From: Bacillota bacterium
Lineage (GTDB): Bacteria; Patescibacteriota; Patescibacteriia; Patescibacteriales; UBA12465
Direction of reading: 5' to 3'
NCBI GenBank assembly: GCA_050259635.1
Contig: JBLNBA010000004.1
Span: 75,005-139,004, forward strand
DNA length: 64,000 nt
Part shown: piece after piece, positions 18,830-27,635 of the stretch
How the letters are laid out: each line of letters starts with the position of its first letter
Position numbering within the stretch: position 1 is the first letter of the stretch
The notes under the pieces: model-generated
What the model was told of the DNA's origin: nothing
The model's database searches: none
What the model saw: the letters and a program-made list of their open reading frames with translations, nothing else
Translations under genes and position numbers: made by a program

Positions 18830-20830
18830 ATGCGTTTCCGCCTAGCCGCCGCCAGCCTAATCATTTTCTTGTTGCCGCTTGCCGTTTTGGCTGAGCCGGC
18901 TTATCCTCGGCTGGCCAATTATTTTCTTAAATGGGAAATTTCTTCGGCTGAAGCGGAACAGCTAGCCAAATGGGATTTGCTTATTTTAGACATGGAGATC
19001 CAAGAGAATAATCCCGATCTCATAAGACATATCCGCCGCCTCAATCCAGAGATAAAGATCCTGGCTTATATCACCTCCCAGGAAATCTATAATGATGCCG
19101 GTTCCTTTAATAACGCTCCTTTACGCGGTCGTCTCTATCAGTCTTTGGATGACGACTGGTTTCTCCGGAGTTCATCGGGGTCTAAGGTTGTTAATTGGCC
19201 TTCCACCTCGATGCTTAATCTTTCCGAAGAAGTAACGAGAAACAAAGAAGGGTATCGTTATAACGAATTCCTTCCTCGTTTTATCCACGAAGAAATACAA
19301 GCGACTGGCCTGTGGGATGGCGTCTTCTATGACAATATTTGGGGAGACATCGCCTGGGTGAATGGCGGTGACCTGGATTTTGATAATGATGGGCGAACCG
19401 AATCTGCTCTGGTGGCAAATAGTCTATGGGCTGAAGGCGTTACCAAGCTGCTCCGCCTCACCCGTGAACTTTGCGGTCCTTCTTTCCTGATAATGGGTAA
19501 CGGGCGGGTGTATTGGCCTTATCAGCCATTACTCAACGGCATGATGCTGGAAGGTTTTCCATCTTCGTGGGAAAATGGCGGTACCTGGAAAGGATCGATG
19601 TCCACCTATCTGAAGCTTCCGAGTGCCAATTCTCAGCCCAATACGCCGGTAATCAATCTATATAACAAGAAAACGGAAGACTACCAGAAGCTGCGTTACG
19701 GATTAACCAGCACTTTACTGGGGGACGGCTATTTTAGCCGTGATTACGATGTGACCGATCACGGGCAGACTTGGTGGTATGATGAATATGACGTGAACCT
19801 CGGTACGCCGAAATCACAGGCCTATAATATTCTCCGGAGCGGCAGCAACGTCCTGGAGCCCGGACTATGGCGCCGTGATTTTACCAATGGGATCGCCCTC
19901 TTGAACTCTACTGACAAATTGCAGTCGTTCGTCTTCAGTAAGGAAGAATTTGAAAAAATCAAAGGCGATCAGGCGCCGCTCATAAACGACGGCAAAAGGA
20001 TAAACTCCATCAAGCTGGCACCGAACGACGGCATCATTCTTTTTAAGAAGCTCACCGCCTGGCAGGGAAGCGGCTTTGTAAATGGCAGCTTCTTGCGTGT
20101 TTTTTCTCCTGATGGCACGCAGGCACGCAATGGATTCTTTTCTTATGTAAGTTCTTTGCCGGCGGGCAGCGAGACCTTGATCGACCGGTTTAACGGCGAT
20201 AGCGAGGAGGACTACCTGTATTACTCTGAGGGCAGCGTTATTAGGCAGAAGAAAGGAAAGACGATCTTGAACATCAAGCCTTTTTCTGCAGGATATCGCG
20301 GTACGGCCAATTTGGCTGCCGGCGATATCAATGGGGATGGCAAGCCGGAATTTGTTGTCGGAGCGGGGCAGGGCGGAGGACCGCAAGTAAGAGTCTTTAC
20401 CTTTGACGGCCGCCCCCTTTTGAACTTCTTTGCCTATGACAAGAATTTCCGCGGCGGGGTCAATGTCGCCGTAGGCGATATCGACGGCGACGGTGTGGCG
20501 GAGATTATTACCGGCGCTGGCAAAGGCGGCGGCCCCCATATCCGATACTTTGACGGCAAAGGGCAAGTGGTGGGGTCATTTTTTGCCTATGACAAGAATT
20601 TCCGCGGCGGGGTCAATGTCGCCGTAGGCGATATCGACGGCGACGGTGTGGCGGAGATTATTACCGGTCCCGGAGCGGGTGGCGGTCCGCAGGTAAGGAT
20701 CTTTGACGGTAGCGGTTTGCCGGTGAGTAGCTTCTTCGCTTTTGAGAAAGATTTTCGAGATGGAATACGCGTGGGGTTCTCGATGGCTTCCGGCTTACCG
20801 GAAATCGCCGCGGGTATTATAGGTTTTTAA
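18830..20830 (+). CDS. secreted protein: GHL-type (glycoside-hydrolase-like TIM barrel) N-terminal domain fused to C-terminal FG-GAP/VCBS repeats
   Basis: It has a signal peptide. The N-terminal domain resembles ORF 40952..41977 ('RRLNPEIKILAYI' versus 'RKLNPKVKILIYS'). The C-terminus has three or more 'GDI(D/N)GDG..E...G.G.GGGP.(V/I)R.F' repeats. Confidence 0.7.
   Translation: MRFRLAAASLIIFLLPLAVLAEPAYPRLANYFLKWEISSAEAEQLAKWDLLILDMEIQENNPDLIRHIRRLNPEIKILAYITSQEIYNDAGSFNNAPLRGRLYQSLDDDWFLRSSSGSKVVNWPSTSMLNLSEEVTRNKEGYRYNEFLPRFIHEEIQATGLWDGVFYDNIWGDIAWVNGGDLDFDNDGRTESALVANSLWAEGVTKLLRLTRELCGPSFLIMGNGRVYWPYQPLLNGMMLEGFPSSWENGGTWKGSMSTYLKLPSANSQPNTPVINLYNKKTEDYQKLRYGLTSTLLGDGYFSRDYDVTDHGQTWWYDEYDVNLGTPKSQAYNILRSGSNVLEPGLWRRDFTNGIALLNSTDKLQSFVFSKEEFEKIKGDQAPLINDGKRINSIKLAPNDGIILFKKLTAWQGSGFVNGSFLRVFSPDGTQARNGFFSYVSSLPAGSETLIDRFNGDSEEDYLYYSEGSVIRQKKGKTILNIKPFSAGYRGTANLAAGDINGDGKPEFVVGAGQGGGPQVRVFTFDGRPLLNFFAYDKNFRGGVNVAVGDIDGDGVAEIITGAGKGGGPHIRYFDGKGQVVGSFFAYDKNFRGGVNVAVGDIDGDGVAEIITGPGAGGGPQVRIFDGSGLPVSSFFAFEKDFRDGIRVGFSMASGLPEIAAGIIGF
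20429..20667 (+). repeat. two 86-bp copies, identical at nucleotide level, 153 bp apart, inside the FG-GAP region
   Basis: 20429..20514 equals 20582..20667 ('tttgcctatgacaagaatttccgcggcggggtcaatgtcgccgtaggcgatatcgacggcgacggtgtggcggagattattaccgg'), and the copies are in frame. Confidence 0.9.
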
Positions 20831-20834
20831 TCTT

Positions 20835-21866
20835 ATGGCTAATTTCATTACAGCCTGGTGGCAGAAGAGAAGGGAGCGATATTATAAACGACGCTGGCAC
20901 CTTGCCATCGAAATTTTTCTTAGTACGGTTATCCTTCTTTTGGCCGGCCTGGTGTTATGGTTGCCATCTTTCCAGCCGCCGCTCGTAATCGATGGCTTGG
21001 CCCCTCATAGCACCGGCACTCCAGCAGTAACTGTCCCCAAGCTTGAAGCCGAGGCTACGATAACTGATTCGGCCGTATATCCTGGTGAACGGGTTGCCTG
21101 GAATTTGAAATTGATAAATACCGGCGAAAGCACGATCGAAAGGGTTGAGATTGCTTTGCCCTCGCCATCGCTATCCCGCTTCCGGGCGGAGGGAGCGGAG
21201 GTATTGGCGGACAAAATAATTGTTCATTCATTATCTCCGAAGGAGGAGGCTGATGTGGTTATTTCCGCCCTTAGTTCCCAGGATGGAAATAATCGCAGTA
21301 TCAAGGCGGAAGCTGAAATACTGGCAATCACTGGAAGTTCTAGTTCCAGCCGCAGCCTAGCCTTGCCCGAGGTGCGTTTTAAAAGCGAGCTAAAGGTTAC
21401 CGCGAATGCTTATTATCATAGTCCTCAGGGAGACCAGCTCGGCATTGGCCCGGTGCCGCCGGTGGTTGGTATCCCTACTACCTATTGGTTAATAATCCAA
21501 GCGGAAAATGAAGGTAACAGTTTGAAGGATTTTGCTTTGAGTTTTCGTTTGCCTTCCGGTGTGGAATTATCCGGGGAACAGAGCCTGATGGCCGGAAAAT
21601 TCTCTTATGACAAAGGCAACCGGCGCGTAATCTGGCAGATTAATAGCCTAGAAGCATCCGGTGGCCACTATATTGCCAATTTCGGCCTTACCCTGACGCC
21701 CCGAGCATCTCAAATCGGAAAGGAGCCTTTGCTCGCCGAAAGTTTCAGTTACCACGCTTTGGATTCATGGACCGGCGGCCAATTATCGGGCCATTTAGAA
21801 GATCTTGATACATCTCTACCCGCTGATCGTTTTAATGACGGATCAGGAAAAGTACAAATGCCATGA
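20835..21866 (+). CDS. hypothetical membrane-anchored extracellular protein
   Basis: 343 aa. A basic N-terminus and one TM helix ('LSTVILLLAGLVLWL') are followed by beta-rich domains. It starts 4 nt after the GHL/FG-GAP gene and has an ATGA overlap with alr. Confidence 0.6.
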   Translation: MANFITAWWQKRRERYYKRRWHLAIEIFLSTVILLLAGLVLWLPSFQPPLVIDGLAPHSTGTPAVTVPKLEAEATITDSAVYPGERVAWNLKLINTGESTIERVEIALPSPSLSRFRAEGAEVLADKIIVHSLSPKEEADVVISALSSQDGNNRSIKAEAEILAITGSSSSSRSLALPEVRFKSELKVTANAYYHSPQGDQLGIGPVPPVVGIPTTYWLIIQAENEGNSLKDFALSFRLPSGVELSGEQSLMAGKFSYDKGNRRVIWQINSLEASGGHYIANFGLTLTPRASQIGKEPLLAESFSYHALDSWTGGQLSGHLEDLDTSLPADRFNDGSGKVQMP

Positions 21867-23017
21867 AGATGATTAATCTTATCAGACAAGCGCTCAAGCC
21901 CAAGTACCCGACCCTTAATCGCATCGAGGTCTCTTCGGAAGCGCTGAAAAGCAATCTTTCTTATCTCCAATCTTTCCAGCCGGGTGCGGAAATAATCCCC
22001 GTTCTTAAATCAAATGCCTATGGGCATGGACTGAAAGAAGTCTGCCGGATATTAAGGCATTCCTCGGTGAAGATGGTCGCCGTCGATTCGTTTCCGGAAG
22101 CGCAGACCGCTTGTCGTTATTTTAACGGCAAGGTCCTAGTTTTGGGCGAGATGCCCTTAGCGGCCTATCGTCACCTTAATTGGAAGAGAACAGAAATCTG
22201 CATCTATAACTCAGCGACGCTGGCGGCCTTGGCGGCCACCGGAAAAAAAGCTAAGATCCATCTCTTCGTAAACACCGGCATGAACAGGGAGGGCATCAAG
22301 GATCTGCCATCATTTTGGAAAGCTAATACTGCGGTTTTGGGAAAAATGGAAATAAGCGGCCTTTGTTCTCACTTAGCCGATGCTGAAGGGGATGGCTCTC
22401 TTAATTCCCGTCAATTATCACGTTTTTTTCAGGATTTAGATTTTTTACATCAGCAAGGAGTTAATCCTCATTATGTACACTTAGGTAATAGCGCCGGTAT
22501 TTTTTCCATTCATGATCCACGCCTGACCGCCTTTAGGCCCGGTCTCGCGATTTATGGCTATAACCCCTTTTCTCCAGGTAATCCTTATTATGAAGCCGGT
22601 TCTCGCCTGCGGCCAGCCTTGCGCCTTCTGAGTACTATAGTTTCCGTTCAGGAGCTTATGCCGGGGGAGATAGTATCCTACAATGGTGCTTATGAGGCTG
22701 ATAAAGCGACGAAGGTAGTAGTAATACCTTTCGGTTACTATGAAGGCCTGGATCGGCGCCTATCTAATCTGGCAGACTTCCAATTATATAAAGGTACCCA
22801 GGTATTCAGTCTTAAGCTGGCAGGCAAGGTCTGTATGAACCTCTGTTGTTTGGATGCGGGCAGGGAAGCGCCGGTAGCCGTAGGGGACGAGGTAGTGTTG
22901 ATATCCGATCGAAGGAGCGATTTTAACTCTTTGGAGAATCTTTCGACCTTGCAGGGAAGTATACCTTATGAAGCCCTGGTTAAGCTGCAAGCAAATATTA
23001 GGAGAAGAATAATTTGA
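21863..23017 (+). CDS. alr: alanine racemase
   Basis: PLP-lysine motif 'IPVLKSNAYGHG', with length and C-terminal beta domain consistent with alanine racemase. Confidence 0.88.
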   Translation: MKMINLIRQALKPKYPTLNRIEVSSEALKSNLSYLQSFQPGAEIIPVLKSNAYGHGLKEVCRILRHSSVKMVAVDSFPEAQTACRYFNGKVLVLGEMPLAAYRHLNWKRTEICIYNSATLAALAATGKKAKIHLFVNTGMNREGIKDLPSFWKANTAVLGKMEISGLCSHLADAEGDGSLNSRQLSRFFQDLDFLHQQGVNPHYVHLGNSAGIFSIHDPRLTAFRPGLAIYGYNPFSPGNPYYEAGSRLRPALRLLSTIVSVQELMPGEIVSYNGAYEADKATKVVVIPFGYYEGLDRRLSNLADFQLYKGTQVFSLKLAGKVCMNLCCLDAGREAPVAVGDEVVLISDRRSDFNSLENLSTLQGSIPYEALVKLQANIRRRII

Positions 23018-23032
23018 CCGAATTTATAAAAT

Positions 23033-23911
23033 ATGTTGAAAGGGAAGAGTCCATATGGCAAAAGGGCTAACCAGTTAAAGAAAGTCCGTAAAGATTATCA
23101 GCGGAAGAATCTGAATAATCCGTTTTTTAATCGTCGTAAACCTCAACCGATCCGGACAAAATCCAAGAGCGGCTTTTTGCCGATGACCGTTACAATCCTC
23201 CTCTGTACGGGATTTGCCTATCTGCTTTTTTTCTCCCCGCTTTTTGCCCTCAAGAAGATTACCGTCCAAGGGGTTACCCGGGTTTCTCCCGAGGAACTCT
23301 CCGGCTATGCCTGGAAACAAGCTGGAGAAAGAGGTTTTTGGCCCTTTCACCAAGGAAAACTGATCTTTTTTAAGACCGCACAGCTAAACAAGTCCTTATC
23401 GGAAAATTTTAGTTTTGATTCCTTGCGCGTGTATAAGAAGTGGCCTCAAACGATAGTTATAAGCGCTGGTGAGCGTAATTTGGCCTTTATCTGGAGGGAT
23501 GGCCAAGGAAATCATTTCAGTGATGGCCAAGGCTGTCTTATCCGGGAGGCGGGGGTATCCAATGAACAATTAGCAGCTTATCCAATCCTCGAAAGCGCTG
23601 ATGCTGCTGAGCGTCTCGATAGCAAGGACTGCCTGTCCCTCGATGCTGACTACCTGCAAGCGATGTTTTCTTTGTCCGACAAGATGAAGGCCTATCCGGA
23701 GTTAAAGGTGGAAAGGTTCCTGGTCGAAGGCGAGGCCAATACCCTTAAGGCGGATCTCGCCAGTGGGCCAAATATCCTGTTTAACGTGAAAGATGACCCG
23801 GATAAGCAATTAAATAAATTAATTATCATTAAGCAAGATAAACCGGCGGCGGACTTTAATCGTCTTGAGTACATAGACTTGAGATACGGCGACCGGGCTT
23901 ATTTCAAATAA
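23033..23911 (+). CDS. ftsQ: FtsQ/DivIB-like cell division protein (TM helix plus POTRA domain)
   Basis: Basic N-terminus, a TM helix, then 'LKKITVQGVTRVSPEEL' (POTRA start). Confidence 0.65.
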   Translation: MLKGKSPYGKRANQLKKVRKDYQRKNLNNPFFNRRKPQPIRTKSKSGFLPMTVTILLCTGFAYLLFFSPLFALKKITVQGVTRVSPEELSGYAWKQAGERGFWPFHQGKLIFFKTAQLNKSLSENFSFDSLRVYKKWPQTIVISAGERNLAFIWRDGQGNHFSDGQGCLIREAGVSNEQLAAYPILESADAAERLDSKDCLSLDADYLQAMFSLSDKMKAYPELKVERFLVEGEANTLKADLASGPNILFNVKDDPDKQLNKLIIIKQDKPAADFNRLEYIDLRYGDRAYFK

Positions 23912-23913
23912 AT

Positions 23914-24054
23914 ATGGAAACAATGTTCAAGGTGCTTTTTGGGTTCGGCATCTTTCTATTTTCTTTGATCAGTATCGGCGTCTTCTTGCTGATCGTAAAA
24001 ATCATCCTGATGTTTACGCCGCAGTTCCACATCCTGGGCTTAACCGTGTACTAA
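23914..24054 (+). CDS. possible 46-aa small membrane protein (not in the ORF track)
   Basis: Sequence METMFKVLFGFGIFLFSLISIGVFLLIVKIILMFTPQFHILGLTVY. It starts 3 nt after the ftsQ stop. Support is the ORF only. Confidence 0.3.
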   Translation: METMFKVLFGFGIFLFSLISIGVFLLIVKIILMFTPQFHILGLTVY

Positions 24055-24085
24055 GACAGGATGCCCCCTGTTTCCCTGGCCCTTT

Positions 24086-24113
24086 ATGTGTATTAATATA
24101 CATTATGCGAAGT
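24086..24113 (-). other. candidate dif-like Xer recombination site
   Basis: The minus strand reads ACTTCGCATAATGTATATTAATACACAT. It matches E. coli dif (GGTGCGCATAATGTATATTATGTTAAAT) at 20 of 28 positions, including 16 contiguous (CGCATAA TGTATA TTA). The right arm diverges. It lies about 250 bp upstream of the xer gene. Confidence 0.3.
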
Positions 24114-24366
24114 ATTAATCTGCAGAAATGCCAATGAATTTGCATATTCTCCCTACTCTTTCTCTAAAAACCCTGGGCATATTGTTCGGGGTTTCATTAT
24201 ATAAATTGAGTCGATGTTTCGGATACTAATAACATCAGCAAGACGCATTAGATCCGAGGGTTTACAGATGGTTATGAATCCCAGGGGGGTATCCATATAT
24301 ATAAGTAATTCCCTGCTATTTTGAATATCTTAGCCCAGCCCCGATTTTCTGGTATAATCTAAGCAT

Positions 24367-25320
24367 ATGCTTCAGAAGCCGATTATAAATTATCTAATAG
24401 ATTTTCTAGATTTTTCCGAGATCGAGAAAGGACTCTCCACAAAGACGCAGGAGAATTACACTCGTTTCCTGAGAAAATTTTTCCGCTGGCTGGAGTCGTC
24501 TGGATACAAAGAGATGAAGCCCGCAGATCTTACCCCGGACCATATTTGGCAGTACAAAGTCCATCTTTCGCGCCACGCCGATCCCAAGACGAAGCGTACG
24601 CTCAAGAAAAGCACCCAGAATTACTATCTCATCGCTTTGCGTTCCCTCCTCGAATTCTTTGTAGAGAAAGATATCACTTCCCTTCCGCCTTCAAAGGTGA
24701 AACTGGCCAAGGATAAGGGAGACAAGGAGATAAAGTTTCTCAAGCTTGAACAATTGGCCCGCCTGCTATCGACTCCGGACGGATCAAGCTTGATCGGTTT
24801 AAGGGATCGGGCGATTCTAGAATCGTTATTTTCAACCGGTTTGCGTGTAGCTGAACTAGCCACCCTTGATCGTGAACAGATTAGGCTCAAGGAACCGGTT
24901 TCTGATTTAGAATTGTCCGTTATCGGCAAGGGTAGCAAGATCAGGGCGGTTTATTTTTCGGCTCGCGCTGCCAGGACCCTGAAAGCCTATCTCGATGAAC
25001 GCAAGGACTTTGATCCTGCCCTGTTCGTAAACTATCGTCGAGGATCGGCCCGATCGGGCGAATCCAGGAGGTTGACCGTCAAAAGCATCGAAGACATAGT
25101 AAAGAAATATGTAAAGATTGCCGGCTTGCCGGTCATGGCCACTCCTCATACCTTGCGGCATTCATTCGCTACGGACCTCCTTAACCAGGGAGTGGATCTA
25201 AGAACGGTGCAGGAATTTTTAGGTCACAGCAATATCGCTACCACCCAGATATATACTCATGTCACTAATCGGCAGCTGCGGGACATCCACCGGCGCGTCC
25301 ATGAGGGGCGGAAGCTATAA
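24367..25320 (+). CDS. tyrosine recombinase, XerC/XerD family
   Basis: Sequences 'GLRVAELATL', 'HTLRHSFATDLLNQGVDLRTVQEFLGHSNIATTQIYTHV' (R..HxxR..Y catalytic set). Confidence 0.9.
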   Translation: MLQKPIINYLIDFLDFSEIEKGLSTKTQENYTRFLRKFFRWLESSGYKEMKPADLTPDHIWQYKVHLSRHADPKTKRTLKKSTQNYYLIALRSLLEFFVEKDITSLPPSKVKLAKDKGDKEIKFLKLEQLARLLSTPDGSSLIGLRDRAILESLFSTGLRVAELATLDREQIRLKEPVSDLELSVIGKGSKIRAVYFSARAARTLKAYLDERKDFDPALFVNYRRGSARSGESRRLTVKSIEDIVKKYVKIAGLPVMATPHTLRHSFATDLLNQGVDLRTVQEFLGHSNIATTQIYTHVTNRQLRDIHRRVHEGRKL

Positions 25321-25337
25321 AAACATTTAAGGATTAT

Positions 25338-25364
25338 AAAAAGGCCGCAGATCGCGGCCTTTTA
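25338..25364. terminator. bidirectional terminator between xer (+) and the M23 peptidase gene (-)
   Basis: Sequence 'aaaaaggccgcagatcgcggcctttta'. Confidence 0.8.
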
Positions 25365-25381
25365 TATCTATATAATTATAT

Positions 25382-26632
25382 TTACGGCAAGTAGTTAAGT
25401 GGATCTACGGGAATGCCGTTCTTACGGATTTCGAAATGGAGATGGGAACCGGTAGAGAATGGTCCGGAGCCCGGCATTCCCGGCGCCCCGCCGGTCTTCC
25501 CTATCTGCTGTCCTTTAACCACGTATTGGTCAGCCGCCACGTTCGCTCCTGATACGTGCCCGTAAACGGTAGAAATGCCGTCGTCGTGGATGATCATGAT
25601 ATAAGCATAAGCGGTGGAACCATCAAATTTAACGCGGGCCACATAACCGTCGGCGGCGGCATAAAGCGGACTTCCCTGCTTGGAACGGATATCGACGCCG
25701 GAATGCTCTCCGATAATGCGGCGGAAAGGATAATCCGGATCGTGAAAGGTTGCCGTTATCGTCCGTCCGGCTACCGGCCAGGCGATGGCGCTGTCGCTGT
25801 TCGCCAGGCGATCCTTATTTGCCTGGGACATCTTGTCCCTGACGACATTCTCCATGTTTGCTATATCGGCGGCGGCTTGAGCCGCTTGTCTCTTAGCTTG
25901 AGCGAGAAGGTCTTGGTATGCCCTTTCGGATGATTTGGTTTCTTCTAGGAGATAGTTCTTTTCGTTCTGTTCGTATTGTAGCTGATCCTTTTTTGCTTCC
26001 AAACCGGCTTTGATTTTAGCGAGCTCGGCCTGTTTAGACTTTACCTCGGCCTCGGATCGGTCAAGGCGCTCTTTCTCTACCTCGAGGCTGTATAGGCTTT
26101 CCTTAAGCTCTGTATTGGCATTCTGAAGGTATTTGGATTGATTGAGGAATTCTGATATAGAATCATTTAGCAGCAGGGCTTCTAGGGCGGAAACCTGATC
26201 CTGACGGTACACTAGGCGCAAGAGCGTGGCAATGTGGTCTTTCTGTTGTGAAATGCGAGCGTTGGTATCGACAATATCTAAGGAAATCTTCTTGGCTTCT
26301 AATTCGGTCTTGCTTAATTCGATCTGGGCCGATTGTAGTTCCAGCTGAGTTTTGTTTGCTCGATCTTCGATCAAACTGAGCTGAGAAGATAAGTCGTCTT
26401 TTTCCGCCTGCTTGGCGGCTATGGCTTGGTTATAGGCTTTTTGTTGAGCGGCCAGGTCGTCTAGCTGCTGTTTCTGTGCTTGTATCTTAGCGTTTAACTC
26501 TTGGATCTCGGCGTTTAGCTGGTCGTCTTGGATACCGGAGACGAACTCCGCTTTATTGTATATGCAAAAAATCAGCGCCCCGATGAGTATCGCGCTCGGT
26601 ATGTACTTACTTAACATGGTCTTGCTCTTCAT
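25382..26632 (-). CDS. M23 family metallopeptidase with a long N-terminal coiled coil (EnvC-like)
   Basis: TM helix and a Q/E/K/L-rich coiled coil of about 250 aa, plus 'HSGVDI' and 'GSHLHFEIRKNGIPVDP'. Confidence 0.85.
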   Translation of the reverse strand: MKSKTMLSKYIPSAILIGALIFCIYNKAEFVSGIQDDQLNAEIQELNAKIQAQKQQLDDLAAQQKAYNQAIAAKQAEKDDLSSQLSLIEDRANKTQLELQSAQIELSKTELEAKKISLDIVDTNARISQQKDHIATLLRLVYRQDQVSALEALLLNDSISEFLNQSKYLQNANTELKESLYSLEVEKERLDRSEAEVKSKQAELAKIKAGLEAKKDQLQYEQNEKNYLLEETKSSERAYQDLLAQAKRQAAQAAADIANMENVVRDKMSQANKDRLANSDSAIAWPVAGRTITATFHDPDYPFRRIIGEHSGVDIRSKQGSPLYAAADGYVARVKFDGSTAYAYIMIIHDDGISTVYGHVSGANVAADQYVVKGQQIGKTGGAPGMPGSGPFSTGSHLHFEIRKNGIPVDPLNYLP

Positions 26633-26672
26633 ATCGAAATAATAACATCTTTTGGATGTTCTGTAAATAAAA

Positions 26673-27635
26673 TTAGAGCCCTTGATAGGCCGCCGCCGAT
26701 ATATCCTTGATGAAGGTGCTCATCTTAGTGAAATCCTTGCCGCGAGTCATTACGCAGATAAGGTAGGGTCGTCCGGGTTTATATACGATACCGCAATCGT
26801 GGAGCTGTTTGGCATCAAAGAGGACGCGTTCGCCGAACTTATGCGCAACATCCACTTGAGATGGGACACCAGCGGTTAGACCGAGGCTGAATTGGGACTT
26901 TGTCAGGATATCCAGGGCTTTCTCAGACATTTCACGGTTGAGATAAGAGGCGTTATAGAGAATGCGGAAGAATGAAGCGTAATCCCGGACCATCATGAAA
27001 TTTTCTGTCTTCTCTACGCTAGGCTCCGTTAGGCCTAGATCTTTATAAACTTTATTCAGTTTGTCGGTTTCGATATTTTCCAATAAGGTATTGGCGGCCA
27101 GATTGTCCGAATATATGATCATGTATTGCAGCAAGTCTTCAAGCCGATACGTCTTGCCGGTCTCGACGCTGCGCTGAGGCATGATGTTTTGGGAAAGGAG
27201 AGTGGCGTCGCCCTTTACCATGATTTCTTTATCAAAGATGGAAGGGTCGGTTTCAGCTTCCTTCAAGTAGGCGATCATCAGGGGTACTTTGAGAAGACTG
27301 GCGGGAGTGAACATTTCATTCTCATTTATTCCCAGCCAAGGGCCATTGTTCAGGTCGCGGATATAAATGCTCGCATGGCTAATGTCACCCGACGCTTTCT
27401 TGCTCTTGATCACCGCTTCTATCTTCTCCTGAAGGCTGGAAAGGACTGCTCCCCCGCGGAAATCGGCACATCCTAACAACGGACTGATATGACGATACCC
27501 GCTTTGGTGTTGTTCGGTGGGAGAATTGCCATTATTAGAAATATAAAAACGCAAGCATTCTGCCCCGACCGCCCCCAAAACGATGGCGCTTGCCAACCCC
27601 GCAATTAACCAGATGAGCTCCCTCCTGAATCTCAT
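26673..27635 (-). CDS. serine hydrolase (class A beta-lactamase / penicillin-binding fold)
   Basis: N-terminal TM helix, an SxxK motif 'PASLLKVP' and a downstream 'YSDN' (SDN-like) motif. There is an ATGA overlap with the upstream gene. Confidence 0.6.
   Translation of the reverse strand: MRFRRELIWLIAGLASAIVLGAVGAECLRFYISNNGNSPTEQHQSGYRHISPLLGCADFRGGAVLSSLQEKIEAVIKSKKASGDISHASIYIRDLNNGPWLGINENEMFTPASLLKVPLMIAYLKEAETDPSIFDKEIMVKGDATLLSQNIMPQRSVETGKTYRLEDLLQYMIIYSDNLAANTLLENIETDKLNKVYKDLGLTEPSVEKTENFMMVRDYASFFRILYNASYLNREMSEKALDILTKSQFSLGLTAGVPSQVDVAHKFGERVLFDAKQLHDCGIVYKPGRPYLICVMTRGKDFTKMSTFIKDISAAAYQGL

Noticed and set aside
19865-20566. 233-aa antisense ORF inside the FG-GAP gene. Similar long antisense or shadow ORFs occur at 11467..12063, 15991..16524, 10555..11052, 30412..30945, 37444..37962, 39263..39694, 53553..54122, 62193..62768 and 44891..45355.
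   Set aside because: Each lies fully within a gene on the opposite strand that has strong family motifs. Their products are low-complexity (Arg/Ser/Pro/Ala-rich) with no motifs. They are typical shadow ORFs of mid-GC coding sequence.
20429-20667. Possible CRISPR-like or other array, based on identical 86-bp repeats.
   Set aside because: There are only two copies. They are in frame within a protein repeat (FG-GAP blades), no cas genes are present, and the 67-bp 'spacer' is coding sequence.
24367-25320. Tyrosine recombinase as a marker of an integrated phage or mobile element.
   Set aside because: No phage, plasmid or transposon genes flank it, and I could find no flanking direct repeats or tRNA target. 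The neighbours are ftsQ and a cell-wall peptidase. The sequence fits chromosomal XerC/D-type recombinases.
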